From a virus (Duplodnaviria > Caudoviricetes), in IMG/VR virus record IMGVR_UViG_3300014204_000172, positions 9,127 to 73,126 of that record: 64,000 nt of DNA; one strand, given 5' to 3'. Under the pieces are notes generated by a model. It ran no database searches and was not told where the DNA came from. It saw nothing but the letters and a program-made list of their open reading frames with translations. Of the stretch, positions 9,452-18,903 are shown in pieces. Position numbers and translations under genes: made by a program. Numbering within the stretch: the stretch's first letter is position 1; the number at the start of each line of letters is the position of its first letter.

Positions 9452-9751
9452 TTAAATCCTACATCTATTAGCTTGTTCAGCTAATTCTTTTTTTGAATAA
9501 ACAATAGCATTGATTTTTTTATTAATGGCATATCCCTCAAGTTCCATGTCATTTAAAACTAGCAATAAAGTATTACCATCGATAATGTCATAAAATGTAT
9601 AATTTCCTTCTTTGCTTTCTACGACTGAAATAGTGAAGAATTGTCCTTTTTTCTGTATTTCTTCTTTAAGGAATTTATACATTTTAGGATCAATAACTCT
9701 TGTTCCATCTCTTCTGACTAATGACCTATCAATTAAACATTGGTAACTCAT
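9452..9751 (-). CDS. Divergent short ParB/Srx-like protein
   Basis: LKEEIQKKGQFFTISV...YDIIDGNTLL resembles the ParB IIDG-R motif. Confidence 0.5.
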   Translation of the reverse strand: MSYQCLIDRSLVRRDGTRVIDPKMYKFLKEEIQKKGQFFTISVVESKEGNYTFYDIIDGNTLLLVLNDMELEGYAINKKINAIVYSKKELAEQANRCRI

Positions 9752-9754
9752 GGG

Positions 9755-10495
9755 TTATTTAATTATTCCTAGTAAATTTAATGTTTCTTCAATTCTTTCT
9801 TTGTAATAGTGGCTGTAATCATTCTTCCTTAAAGCTTCTTTATAATTTTCGATTAATAATTTACCCTCAGAAGATTCTAAAGGATCTTTCGTATATACTT
9901 CATCAATCCCATTAGCTTTCATAGCTATATATCGTTTGAAACATAACGAACATTCCCCGCATCTTTTTAAGAAATCATGGTAGCAACTGGTAGTTTTCCC
10001 TAATTCTTCTTTGGTTATTCCATTTGATAAAGCCCACTTGATTGCTTCTGTTTTTGATAAATTCATAAAAGGAGATTCAACAATTGTTAATTCTCCTAAT
10101 GCCTGAGTTAAAGCTACTGTTGACTTATTAAAAAAGGATCCGTTTTTATCATACATATGTATATGGTTTTCATATTTCATTCCTAAAATCCATACTCTCT
10201 CACCTAATGAACCGGCGATTGATGCAAATATCATATTTCTACCCGGGATAATGTAATTCGATATATCCGGTATATTATTAAATTCTTCACTAATTAGATC
10301 TACTTTTAAGTAATGGATTAAAAAACCAAAGCTATCTAACGCTTCTTTTTCCTTTAAAAAGTATGGCTGGTTAATATTGAAATTAATACAAAGGATGTCT
10401 TCTTTGTTATATTTTTTTTCAATTAGTGCATAATGGTAAGCAATAAAAGAATCTAAACCACCGGAAACGCAAATAACTAATTTTTTTCTATTCAT
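9755..10495 (-). CDS. queC: 7-cyano-7-deazaguanine (preQ0) synthase
   Basis: PP-loop SGGLDS, PGRNMIF, and Zn site SCY...CGECSLC. Confidence 0.9.
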   Translation of the reverse strand: MNRKKLVICVSGGLDSFIAYHYALIEKKYNKEDILCINFNINQPYFLKEKEALDSFGFLIHYLKVDLISEEFNNIPDISNYIIPGRNMIFASIAGSLGERVWILGMKYENHIHMYDKNGSFFNKSTVALTQALGELTIVESPFMNLSKTEAIKWALSNGITKEELGKTTSCYHDFLKRCGECSLCFKRYIAMKANGIDEVYTKDPLESSEGKLLIENYKEALRKNDYSHYYKERIEETLNLLGIIK

Positions 10496-10794
10496 AATAT
10501 ATTCTCAATGTCTTGGATATTTAAAGCCTTATCATCAATATAACAATCCGCTTTCAACTTTTCTAAAACCAATACATGGTATTTTATACCTGCACTTTTT
10601 AAATCTCTGACCGTATTAAATCTATCCTCTTCCAATCTTGATGAGTAAATAATGATGTAGTTATTTTCATACAACTGGTTGATCGCATTAATAATCTTCA
10701 AATTTGGAATTGACGACTTACCAGTTTTTAAATCAAAAGCCTCGAATATGGTTTGGTCAATATCTACTGCAATAATTTTATTAATCGTTCGCAT
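10492..10794 (-). CDS. Small capless HAD-superfamily phosphatase
   Basis: DIDQT (DxDxT), YSSR and KADCYIDDK motifs. Confidence 0.8.
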   Translation of the reverse strand: MRTINKIIAVDIDQTIFEAFDLKTGKSSIPNLKIINAINQLYENNYIIIYSSRLEEDRFNTVRDLKSAGIKYHVLVLEKLKADCYIDDKALNIQDIENIL

Positions 10795-11669
10795 ACTTGT
10801 TTGCTGTCAAATAATGAATAGTCGACTTCATAATTTGGCATCTCCTTTATAAATTTAAAAATAGATTCTTGACTGAATGGTTCATATCCTCCCGATAAAT
10901 AATCTCTCCATACCGGGTAACCATTAGTAATGTTTGGATATAACAAATAGCATCCACAAGCTTGTGCTTCCACTAACGATAAACAAATCGTATCTCCTAA
11001 TGAACAAGTAAAGAAAAATTTAGCATTACCTAATTCTTGGTAAAATTCCTCCTGCGTGTTGTAATGAAAGATAAAGCCTAATTCCTCGAATCTCGTTAAA
11101 TCATAAAAATTAACCCATTCTCGACTATCATTAGCCGATATGGAAAAAACAATCTTGTATTTATTCAATAATGGTTGCAATAAATAAGTTGCCAAATAGA
11201 ATTGTTTATCCGGGCTAATCCGACCACCAATAACAATTTTTTTCTCTTTATGCAATTTGTTGTAACAATTCCATAAAATTTCTAGCTGTAAAGGGAATCC
11301 GATATATTCGGCTCTGTTTGTTTTATCTTTCAATAATAATTGATGGCTCATGCTTAATGTAGTAACCAAATCTACCTGTTTTAATTGTTCTCTTTCATAA
11401 GTGCCTACATTATAAGCATATGGGTTATAAGAAGTTCCATGACTATGCATGATTAATTTCGCTTCAATTCCTAGTTCTTTTACTACTTCCAAATCTTCAT
11501 AATTCATGATAAATAGCCAATCTTTTGAAGTAAAACTTTTCTTATATAGACAATCAATGCTAATTGTTTTATAAGGATAGTTAAGCATTTTGAATCCATC
11601 CATCAAATTATCCTCAAATTGTCTAGACCATGGGTTATGATTTTTAGAATCTAGCAACAAATTAAGCAC
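10764..11669 (-). CDS. GT-B fold (GT4-like) glycosyltransferase
   Basis: HSHGT, GGRISPDK and DTICLSLVEAQACG (D/E-x7-E motif of retaining GT-B enzymes). Confidence 0.78.
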   Translation of the reverse strand: MLNLLLDSKNHNPWSRQFEDNLMDGFKMLNYPYKTISIDCLYKKSFTSKDWLFIMNYEDLEVVKELGIEAKLIMHSHGTSYNPYAYNVGTYEREQLKQVDLVTTLSMSHQLLLKDKTNRAEYIGFPLQLEILWNCYNKLHKEKKIVIGGRISPDKQFYLATYLLQPLLNKYKIVFSISANDSREWVNFYDLTRFEELGFIFHYNTQEEFYQELGNAKFFFTCSLGDTICLSLVEAQACGCYLLYPNITNGYPVWRDYLSGGYEPFSQESIFKFIKEMPNYEVDYSLFDSKQVCERLIKLLQ

Positions 11670-12232
11670 TATTCCACCAGTTTCATAAATTCTTGTCTTG
11701 TTTTTTCATTCATAAAATTACCACGTAAAGATGAAGTTATCATTTCACCCTCTTTTTTAACTCCTCTATAAATCTGGCAAGTATGTCTGGCTTTTAAAAT
11801 GACTCCACATCCTTGAGGCTGTAATTTATCTTGTAATTGCTGGCATATTTTTTCTGTCATATATTCCTGTGTGTTCAATCCTTTGGAATGATATTCAACT
11901 AATCTTGCCATCTTGCTTAAACCAATAATCGATTTATCCGGGATATATGCAATAATAGCTGTACCCATGAATGGCATCAAGTGATGTTCGCAAAGACTCA
12001 TAAAGGATACATTCTTTTCAATAATCATCTGGGAGTATCCTTCTGAATCAAAAGTAGTCATATTAAATTCAATCGGAGTCAATAATTCTTTCAAGGTTTC
12101 GTAAACTCTTCTAGGTGTTTCTTCTAAAGATGGTTTTGCTGATGGGTCATACCCAAAATAGCTCATAATCTGAGATATTTTTAATTGGATGTCTTGCGTT
12201 ACATGGATGTTGTTCATTTTCCTTCTCTCCAT
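11669..12232 (-). CDS. folE: GTP cyclohydrolase I
   Basis: ETPRRV, SLCEHHLMPFMG, GLSKMARLV and HTCQIYRGV motifs. Confidence 0.93.
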   Translation of the reverse strand: MERRKMNNIHVTQDIQLKISQIMSYFGYDPSAKPSLEETPRRVYETLKELLTPIEFNMTTFDSEGYSQMIIEKNVSFMSLCEHHLMPFMGTAIIAYIPDKSIIGLSKMARLVEYHSKGLNTQEYMTEKICQQLQDKLQPQGCGVILKARHTCQIYRGVKKEGEMITSSLRGNFMNEKTRQEFMKLVE

Positions 12233-12408
12233 TTAATATCGATGTTATAATACTTCTTTGCTACATCATTAACCATTTTATCTATCTCTATTGTTGATTT
12301 ATCATAGGAAACAAAAAAATGTCCTTTGGCTATTAAAGTTCCATCAACAATTAATTCCCAATTTATAATTTTTTTATCAATTCTAGGAATAACTATTACT
12401 TTATTCAT
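12214..12408 (-). CDS. Hypothetical protein inside the deazaguanine cluster
   Basis: 64-aa ORF translationally coupled between queE and folE. Confidence 0.55.
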   Translation of the reverse strand: MNKVIVIPRIDKKIINWELIVDGTLIAKGHFFVSYDKSTIEIDKMVNDVAKKYYNIDIKWREGK

Positions 12409-12413
12409 TTCTA

Positions 12414-13022
12414 TTATTTTACTCCTATGATTTTATGAATCTGCAAGCTTAAATGAGCTTCTCCATTTCTATAATTAGTCGAAACTAATTCAATAGTTCT
12501 TTTTAAATTTAATTCATAATTGCTATCCATTAACGGCTGGAGAGATACCATTTTTAGAGTATTAATGTATTTTTCTATGACTCGTATTGTTGTTCCTTCG
12601 GTAATTAAAAGCTTATATTCATCGATATAAGGTTCTAATTCTTCATTTATTTCTACCATTTTTGGTGAACAGGTAATCCATAACAAATCTTTGAATCTTT
12701 CTAAATTAAATTTTGGCTTCAATGATCCATTGGTTTCAATGATGATTTTTCTGCTATTCAATTGAAGATTTTCTAATAATTCATTATCGACTTGTAGTAA
12801 TGGTTCTCCGCCAGTTAAAACATATAATTGTCTCATTCTTCTTTTATATGATATTAATCCAGCTAATGAAGTTTTTCTTTCATCGATTAAATTTTGAGGA
12901 GTATCACAAAAAATACAAGAAAGATTGCATCCATAAAATCTTATAAAAGTTGCAAATTCACCTGAGTATTTACCTTCTCCTTGAATCGATTCAAATGTTT
13001 CTTGTATTTTATAAGTTTTCAT
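12414..13022 (-). CDS. queE: 7-carboxy-7-deazaguanine synthase (radical SAM)
   Basis: ESIQGEG, FIRFYGCNLSCIFCDT (CxxxCxxC), LTGGEPLLQ, IETNG and HLSLQIHK motifs. Confidence 0.93.
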   Translation of the reverse strand: MKTYKIQETFESIQGEGKYSGEFATFIRFYGCNLSCIFCDTPQNLIDERKTSLAGLISYKRRMRQLYVLTGGEPLLQVDNELLENLQLNSRKIIIETNGSLKPKFNLERFKDLLWITCSPKMVEINEELEPYIDEYKLLITEGTTIRVIEKYINTLKMVSLQPLMDSNYELNLKRTIELVSTNYRNGEAHLSLQIHKIIGVK

Positions 13023-13377
13023 TATTTTTTAACTCCGACTCGTTATAAATAATTGATGAATCTTCTGATTCATAAATTTCTATTTGACTTATAGGTAGTT
13101 TTAGTTCGTCTTTAACTCGATCAAAAAGGTATTTAGCGATGTTTTCTGCTGTAGGATTTCTTAAAAAGTCATTCCAGTCTCTATGGTCAGGTATCATTTC
13201 TTTTAGATCTCTTTTTAAATTTGAAAAATCAACAGTAAATCCCACGTTGTTTAATTTCTCAAAACTTAAACTAACAATAATTTTCCAAGTGTGTCCATGG
13301 ATATTAGCGCATTTTCCATGATAAAAAGGTAAATGATGTGCGTTGTCGACTTTGATTGCAACCTTAATTACATACAT
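13009..13377 (-). CDS. queD: 6-carboxytetrahydropterin synthase
   Basis: AHHLPFYHGKCANIHGHTW, DH and NPTAENIA motifs. Confidence 0.93.
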   Translation of the reverse strand: MYVIKVAIKVDNAHHLPFYHGKCANIHGHTWKIIVSLSFEKLNNVGFTVDFSNLKRDLKEMIPDHRDWNDFLRNPTAENIAKYLFDRVKDELKLPISQIEIYESEDSSIIYNESELKNNENL

Positions 13378-13381
13378 TTAT

Positions 13382-14355
13382 TTATTGTACCTTCCTTTTT
13401 TCTTTTTCCATTTGCTCTTGATTAATTGGCTGAAACAAATCTTTATATTCAAAAGGTAACTGTAGAAAGAAATCTGGTGTAACAGCAAAAACCATTCTTA
13501 AAAAAAGGAAGATGAAAAAGTCTAGTTTTTTCTCTCTACTCATGGATTCAATTTTTACTAAATCTAAACGATACTCAACAATTTTGTTTGGTTTATTACT
13601 ATTATTCATTATCTTCTTCCAAATCTGGGTATTTACATAAATCCTCAGAAACTCCTAAACCATCCAATACTTCTTGAAAGAATGAACTAAAAGGAATTCC
13701 CCAGTTAACATCATTGGAATCTGGATCTGGGTTATCCATCATAAATTCAACTAAGCATTCTACAAATTTTTGCATTTTTCCACGTTTAATTGTAACTAGC
13801 TTTTCTGGGTCTTGTGTAGGATCGTTTTCAAAAAGAAAGCTTATATTTTTTAAGGATATTTCCATCTTTAATTTATCCTTAGTAATTGCGAACTGCATCA
13901 AGGTTTCATTATATTTTTTCATTATTTTGTCCTTAGTTTTCTTTCTGCTTCTTCAAATTTTCGTAATGTAACCAAAGAAATTAAAGTATTTGTATTTTCT
14001 TCCATCATTGATAAGATGTCACGTATTTCCTCATAACAAAGAATAATTGATATTTTTGGAGCAAGTAATCTTTTCGTTTCAATTTCTCTTGAGTAGTAAT
14101 CACGTTTCATTAAATTAACTTCTTATAGCCATCCAATAGAGTTAAAACTACTTTTCTCATGGCTTCTGCTCCACTATTAAATTGAAATGACTCTTTTGGA
14201 TAACTGATTGATTCTACTGATTTTTTAACCTCTGCTAAAAGTTCGTTGGTGTTTGTTATTTTTTCCGTTTTGATTGCTTCGTTTAAAGTAGTTACTTTGT
14301 CTCTATCCCCGATCACTGCTAAATTTCCAACTTTAATTACTTTATTATCTTCCAT
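13382..14355 (-). other. Run of four small hypothetical genes co-transcribed with the modification cluster
   Basis: ORFs 13382..13609, 13602..13922, 13922..14110 and 14110..14355 with overlapping start and stop codons. Confidence 0.6.
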
Positions 14356-14388
14356 TTTTTACCTCAAAAAAGACTTATATAAGTATGT

Positions 14389-14416
14389 ATTTTAATACTA
14401 TTTTTAATTACTTCAA
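14389..14416 (-). promoter_or_regulatory. Sigma70/SigA-type promoter upstream of the modification and packaging operon
   Basis: TTGAAG-16 nt-TAAAAT on the minus strand in an AT-rich gap. Confidence 0.5.
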
Positions 14417-14673
14417 TTTTTACTAACAGTTAAATCCTGTATTGCCATTAATATTTTATCCATCATTTCTAATTTGCTTTTTTGTATTTTTCTTTGATAT
14501 AGATCAGGTAATCCTATCAAAGCTAATAAAGCAATCGGACCCATTAGTAATCCATAAAAATACCATCTTGTAGTAGGATAACCTTTCCATTTAGCTATAT
14601 CCAAACATATAGTAGGTATAAAAAAGATGTACCAGGCAATAATAATTAGACATAATATGGTCCAAATATTCAT
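14413..14673 (-). CDS. Small membrane protein
   Basis: Two hydrophobic segments; WYFYGLLMGPIALLALIGLP. Confidence 0.6.
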   Translation of the reverse strand: MNIWTILCLIIIAWYIFFIPTICLDIAKWKGYPTTRWYFYGLLMGPIALLALIGLPDLYQRKIQKSKLEMMDKILMAIQDLTVSKN

Positions 14674-14836
14674 TTGTTCTCCTTTTTTTCTTTGAGATAA
14701 TCACGATAGTTTTTATATTCTGTGCATTTCTTACGACAGAGAATGCAATTAGCTACAGCCATTGTTAAAGTAAATACTTCTTCACTATTTAAACAAGAAA
14801 TTATTTTTACCTCAGCTAGTGTTTTTTCTTTCTCAG

Positions 14837-16875
14837 TCATTTTTCCTCTTTTACAAAGTCATTGATAATTTCTTGACAATTTCTAATGCCGAGATTTAAC
14901 CCTCTATTTTTTTGTGCCATAGGTGGTATATCTAATGCTATTAGCCAATCTTGTTGTATTTTTACATCCATTTTAAGAATCAATTCTTTTTTAACATCCC
15001 TATCGAGAGCTTTTAAGATTTCTTCACAAGTTTTATAACCATCGTCTTCAGGAAAATAATGACCCTGATTGTACTTTATTTCAAGTTTTAGAAATTCCCT
15101 CTGTTCATCTGTAAGTAATATTAATTTTTTCATTTTTTCTTTCTCCTTGAATCGGTTAAATCAAACAATAATAAATAGATGATGCATAAAATAACGATGG
15201 CTGTTGCATATATTGGATGAAAAAGTATTAACCACCAAAATATTAAGAAAAAGATCATCTCTAATAACATTTAATTCCTACCTTCTTTGACTAATTTTAA
15301 TAAATGATGCATTCTTTCTAATTCATCTAACTCTTTTATATCTGCAAATAATTCTTTAAAAAGCAATCTGATCTGTTTTACTGTATAGTTAAATGCTAAT
15401 TCTTTTATAGCTACCATTGACCATTCTTGATTTGCTAAATATAGCTGATGGTTAATTTCTATTATTTCTTCGGTTTTAGGGTACATATCCATTCTATTTA
15501 TTCTTCCATCCATAATTTTTTAAATCTTTTTTAGTTGCTTTATAAAATTCGTAACTTAATTTTTCTTCAATAAATTCAAATAGTTCCTCTTCAATTTCTT
15601 CCTCTGTCTTTCCATCAACATCAATTTCAACTATTTCATCCAAATCTTCAAGAGTAGCTTTAATTACATATTTTTTGTATACAGCATTTTTAAGTAAGTC
15701 TGCTTTTAACTCATCAGTACAACATGATTCAGGTAAATCTTCAATCTTCATTCCCTCTAAAGCTTTTTTAATCCATTCCTTATTTTCTTTCCACCAATAA
15801 CAATGTTCAATATCACATCTATTAATCTTTTTAGCTTTTTCACATGTTTTCAAATATTGAATGGCTTGTTCTTTTCTTATTTCTTCCCATGTATGACTCA
15901 TTAAACATCTTCCCTCATATATCTTTTAAATTCATAGTTTTTATATTTTTCACAATTTTCTTTTCCACAACACGACCAGCAATAATCATCAATATTTCTT
16001 TTTTTGCATAATTTGACTCTATTTTTAGCTATTCTTTCTTTTTTTATTTTTATTTCTTCATCAGTCATTTTTGAATTCCTCATAATTTATCTCTATCACA
16101 TATTTAGAATTAATTTCTTTGTTTCCTTGTCTATACCAAAGAGCGTAGGTTTCTTTGTTTGAATCTCTATCATCGTAATGAGTTCCTCTTACAGAAGAGT
16201 TACCTACTAATTTTGAAAACTCTATTATTTCTCCGTTTTTTGAATCAAGTAATTTTTCTTCAACTATAATGCTATAGATTAAAGATTTAATTTTTTTCAT
16301 TTTTTCTATCTCTTTTCAATTTCTCCCATTATTTCAATATAATTATGAGTTTCGATTACTTCCCAGTAATTTTTTGCCAATCTTATAAAAGCGTTTTGTT
16401 CTGTTTTCGCATTTATTTCGATTAATCTGTGATTTTTATCCAATTCGTAAAAGTTATCATTTTCTTTTCTTAGCATAAATCCATATATTCTCATTTTGTT
16501 CCTGCCTCTCTAAGAATATTTAAAATATCTGTGCAAGACATACAATAACATCCTTCTTCCATAAACTTTTTTTCTAATTCTTTCCATTTCTTAGGAGAGA
16601 ATATTCTGTATTTTTGTTTTTTTAAATCCTTTAAAGCTATAGACATAATTTGTTTTTTTGTTAATATATCGGTCAAATTAATCCTCCGTAATTCTTTTCC
16701 AATTAACTTTGATAATGTTAGATTTTACTAATGAATTAACAACTAATCTTGCCATCTGGTTTTCAACATCTTCTTTGGTGCATAAATCATCAATTTTTAA
16801 ATTTATTTGTATTGAATGTAATCTAACTGTTTCAATCTTTATTTCATATTGAATCGGGTCTTTTTTAATCGTCAT
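14837..16875 (-). other. Cluster of small hypothetical early/accessory genes
   Basis: Eight tracked ORFs of 60-135 aa plus shorter ones, tightly packed with AGGAG-type RBSs. Confidence 0.6.
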
Positions 16876-17896
16876 TATGCATATACCTAAATTTTAATTG
16901 ATTAAGTTTTTCCGCTGTGTTAATGATTACTTCTTTTAATTCAATTCTATTTATCCAATCCGTAGGAAGTTTATCTGAACCTAAATAAGCTCCTAAGATT
17001 TGTCCAGTAATGGATCCTGTACTATCTGAATCTCCTGAATGGTTAACTGCTACTCTTAATGCTTGTTTAAAATTATGTTGATATTTTAACGAACAATAAA
17101 TAGCAATTGCCAATGCTTCTTCGGCTATCCATCCCTGACCAATAAATTCTATAATTTCCTGATCTGTATGCTTTCTAGTTTGTTCCGCAAATTTAATTGC
17201 CTGGAATGCTTTGTAGGTAGTAGAGTTATTTAGAGTATTGCTTACTCTTTTTGCTGATTCTAATATAGCTACTTTTAAGTCATAACCCATCAAAAGTAAA
17301 CTAATTAAATAAGATAAAAATCCAGCCGGGATATATGCTTTTTCTGAACCATGGGTAATAGCTGCTATATGACATCCAGCTTCAAAGGATTCATCATGTC
17401 TATAAACCAATCCTACCGGGGCGATTCTCATTAAACCACCACAACCAGAACTATCATTAATCGGTTCTCTTACTGTTCCTAACTTATTACTTAATAAAGA
17501 TTTAATACAAGTTTCTCCCGGTGATCTAATTTTCCATAATTCTTGAATACTACTTAAAAAACTATCTTTGTTAGTTGATTTATTTGGATAGCCTTGCGTT
17601 GCTAACCATTGTAAATAAGATTGATAAATAAAATTAATGGTTTCTTCTCGGTTATCTCTTATATTTTTATCAGCTATAATTAATCCCTCGGCTGTAAATA
17701 AAGTCATTTGCGTATCGTCAGAAATTAATGCTTTTTTGGTTTTAAGATCTATTTCTGGGTCCTGTATTCCATAATATCCATAATGGGTCTGAATCGCATT
17801 AAAACTTAAAAATTCTATAGGATAGCCTAATGCATCACCTAAAGCTCCGCCAAGTAAGCAACCTGTGATTTTATTTCTCATCTCTTTCCCGTCCAT
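16865..17896 (-). CDS. ADP-ribosylglycohydrolase (DraG/ARH family)
   Basis: GCLLGGALGDALG, SDDTQMT, GCGGLMRIAP, THG and NHSGDSDSTGSITGQILGA motifs. Confidence 0.95.
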   Translation of the reverse strand: MDGKEMRNKITGCLLGGALGDALGYPIEFLSFNAIQTHYGYYGIQDPEIDLKTKKALISDDTQMTLFTAEGLIIADKNIRDNREETINFIYQSYLQWLATQGYPNKSTNKDSFLSSIQELWKIRSPGETCIKSLLSNKLGTVREPINDSSGCGGLMRIAPVGLVYRHDESFEAGCHIAAITHGSEKAYIPAGFLSYLISLLLMGYDLKVAILESAKRVSNTLNNSTTYKAFQAIKFAEQTRKHTDQEIIEFIGQGWIAEEALAIAIYCSLKYQHNFKQALRVAVNHSGDSDSTGSITGQILGAYLGSDKLPTDWINRIELKEVIINTAEKLNQLKFRYMHNDD

Positions 17897-17898
17897 GA

Positions 17899-18066
17899 TT
17901 ATTTTCCTTCTTTACTCTCAAAAAGGACTAAAGCGTATTTATGATAGTCTTCTCTTTTTTGGATAGCTTTGACTAGACTTCCTAATTTTTGTGTAGTTTT
18001 ATTTACATATTCCCAGCTTGTATAGCTTGATCCATTTTTAAATTCTATTTCTGTATTGCCATTCAT
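17899..18066 (-). CDS. Hypothetical 55-aa protein between the ribozyme and the ARH gene
   Basis: Translated by hand: MNGNTEIEFKNGSSYTSWEYV...LFESKEGK. RBS AAGGAG at 18079-18074. Confidence 0.65.
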   Translation of the reverse strand: MNGNTEIEFKNGSSYTSWEYVNKTTQKLGSLVKAIQKREDYHKYALVLFESKEGK

Positions 18067-18079
18067 TTTTACTCTCCTT

Positions 18080-18144
18080 TAAGTTGTCTCATCAGGGTTA
18101 GTAACTTATTTCTAACCGACTCGGATTTTACTCCGAGTTTCGAC
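18080..18144 (-). ncRNA. Type II hammerhead ribozyme with loop I-3' tail pseudoknot
   Basis: The minus strand reads GTC GAAA CTCGGA GTAAAA TCCGAG TC GGTTAG AAATAAGTTA CTAACC CTGATGA GAC AACTTA. Core CUGAUGA and GAAA, GUC cleavage triplet, stems of 3 (II), 7 (III) and 6 (I) bp, and a 6-bp UAAGUU/AACUUA pseudoknot. Confidence 0.92.
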
Positions 18145-18145
18145 T

Positions 18146-18325
18146 TTAATTATGAGCTGATCCCTCTTTTTTGTAGAAATAACTACCGACTGGATTATTG
18201 GCTAAATCGAATAACTTTCCGTTACCTTCTACTAAAGACCCATCTACTAATGAATCAATTAATATTCTTAGGACGTTTCTTGCTGTCATATCGTCAGTGG
18301 TTTTGATGTTTATAATTAATGTCAT
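18146..18325 (-). CDS. Hypothetical 59-aa protein ending at the ribozyme
   Basis: Translated by hand: MTLIINIKTTDDMTARNVLRIL...KKEGSAHN; its ATG abuts the stop of 18326..18853. Confidence 0.6.
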   Translation of the reverse strand: MTLIINIKTTDDMTARNVLRILIDSLVDGSLVEGNGKLFDLANNPVGSYFYKKEGSAHN

Positions 18326-18853
18326 TTAAATTGTTCTCTCCTGACAACCATTACAGGTCTTTACTTCTAGTCCAGTTCTTAAACAAATTGAATCTTTTTT
18401 ACGATATTCCGTACATTCTATTATTATCTTTTTAATTAACTTTTCTCTTGCCTCTTCTTTAACTGTGATGGTTTCTACTAATAGTTCAACCCATTCCATT
18501 ATTGATCGGATAGCCCACCAAAAATAATTACCTCTTAATTCGTTGATAAGTGTTCCCCAGCAAGCCATATAATTACCTCCATCTGTTTGATAGAAACCTG
18601 TTTCTTCTTTTTGGTTTGTGCCATGATGGATTTTATATCTGAAATAAAGATTGATTTGTTTCTTTTCTTTATTTCTAAGCCATACTGAATTTGGGCAATC
18701 TGAAGCTGAATTCTCGTCATCATCTTCGCCCCACATATCAATAGCTAATGGTAGTACTATATCTTCTACTTCCTGCAACCATCTTATAGCTATTTCACGT
18801 CTTTTCTTCTCTCCTTCTAGCATCTTGTTTATTCTGTTTTTTAGATCTTCCAC
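18326..18853 (-). CDS. Hypothetical protein
   Basis: 175-aa ORF, first gene downstream of the promoter at 18904-18931. Confidence 0.6.
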   Translation of the reverse strand: MEDLKNRINKMLEGEKKRREIAIRWLQEVEDIVLPLAIDMWGEDDDENSASDCPNSVWLRNKEKKQINLYFRYKIHHGTNQKEETGFYQTDGGNYMACWGTLINELRGNYFWWAIRSIMEWVELLVETITVKEEAREKLIKKIIIECTEYRKKDSICLRTGLEVKTCNGCQERTI

Positions 18854-18903
18854 TTTGCCCTCCTAGGCTTTTTTATTTACAACCTCTTGGTTGATTGCTA
18901 TTA

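Noticed and set aside
8353-9751. ParABS plasmid-partition system
   Set aside because: No ParA ATPase, no C-terminal HTH typical of partition ParB and no parS array; the context is DNA modification and packaging.
9755-13377. Archaeosine (G+) or preQ1 as the end product
   Set aside because: No QueF, QueF-like, ArcS or glutamine-amidotransferase-fused QueC is recognisable.
15710-15717. Second CTGATGAG hammerhead core (minus strand)
   Set aside because: It lies inside a coding region with no matching GAAA, stems or cleavage triplet nearby.
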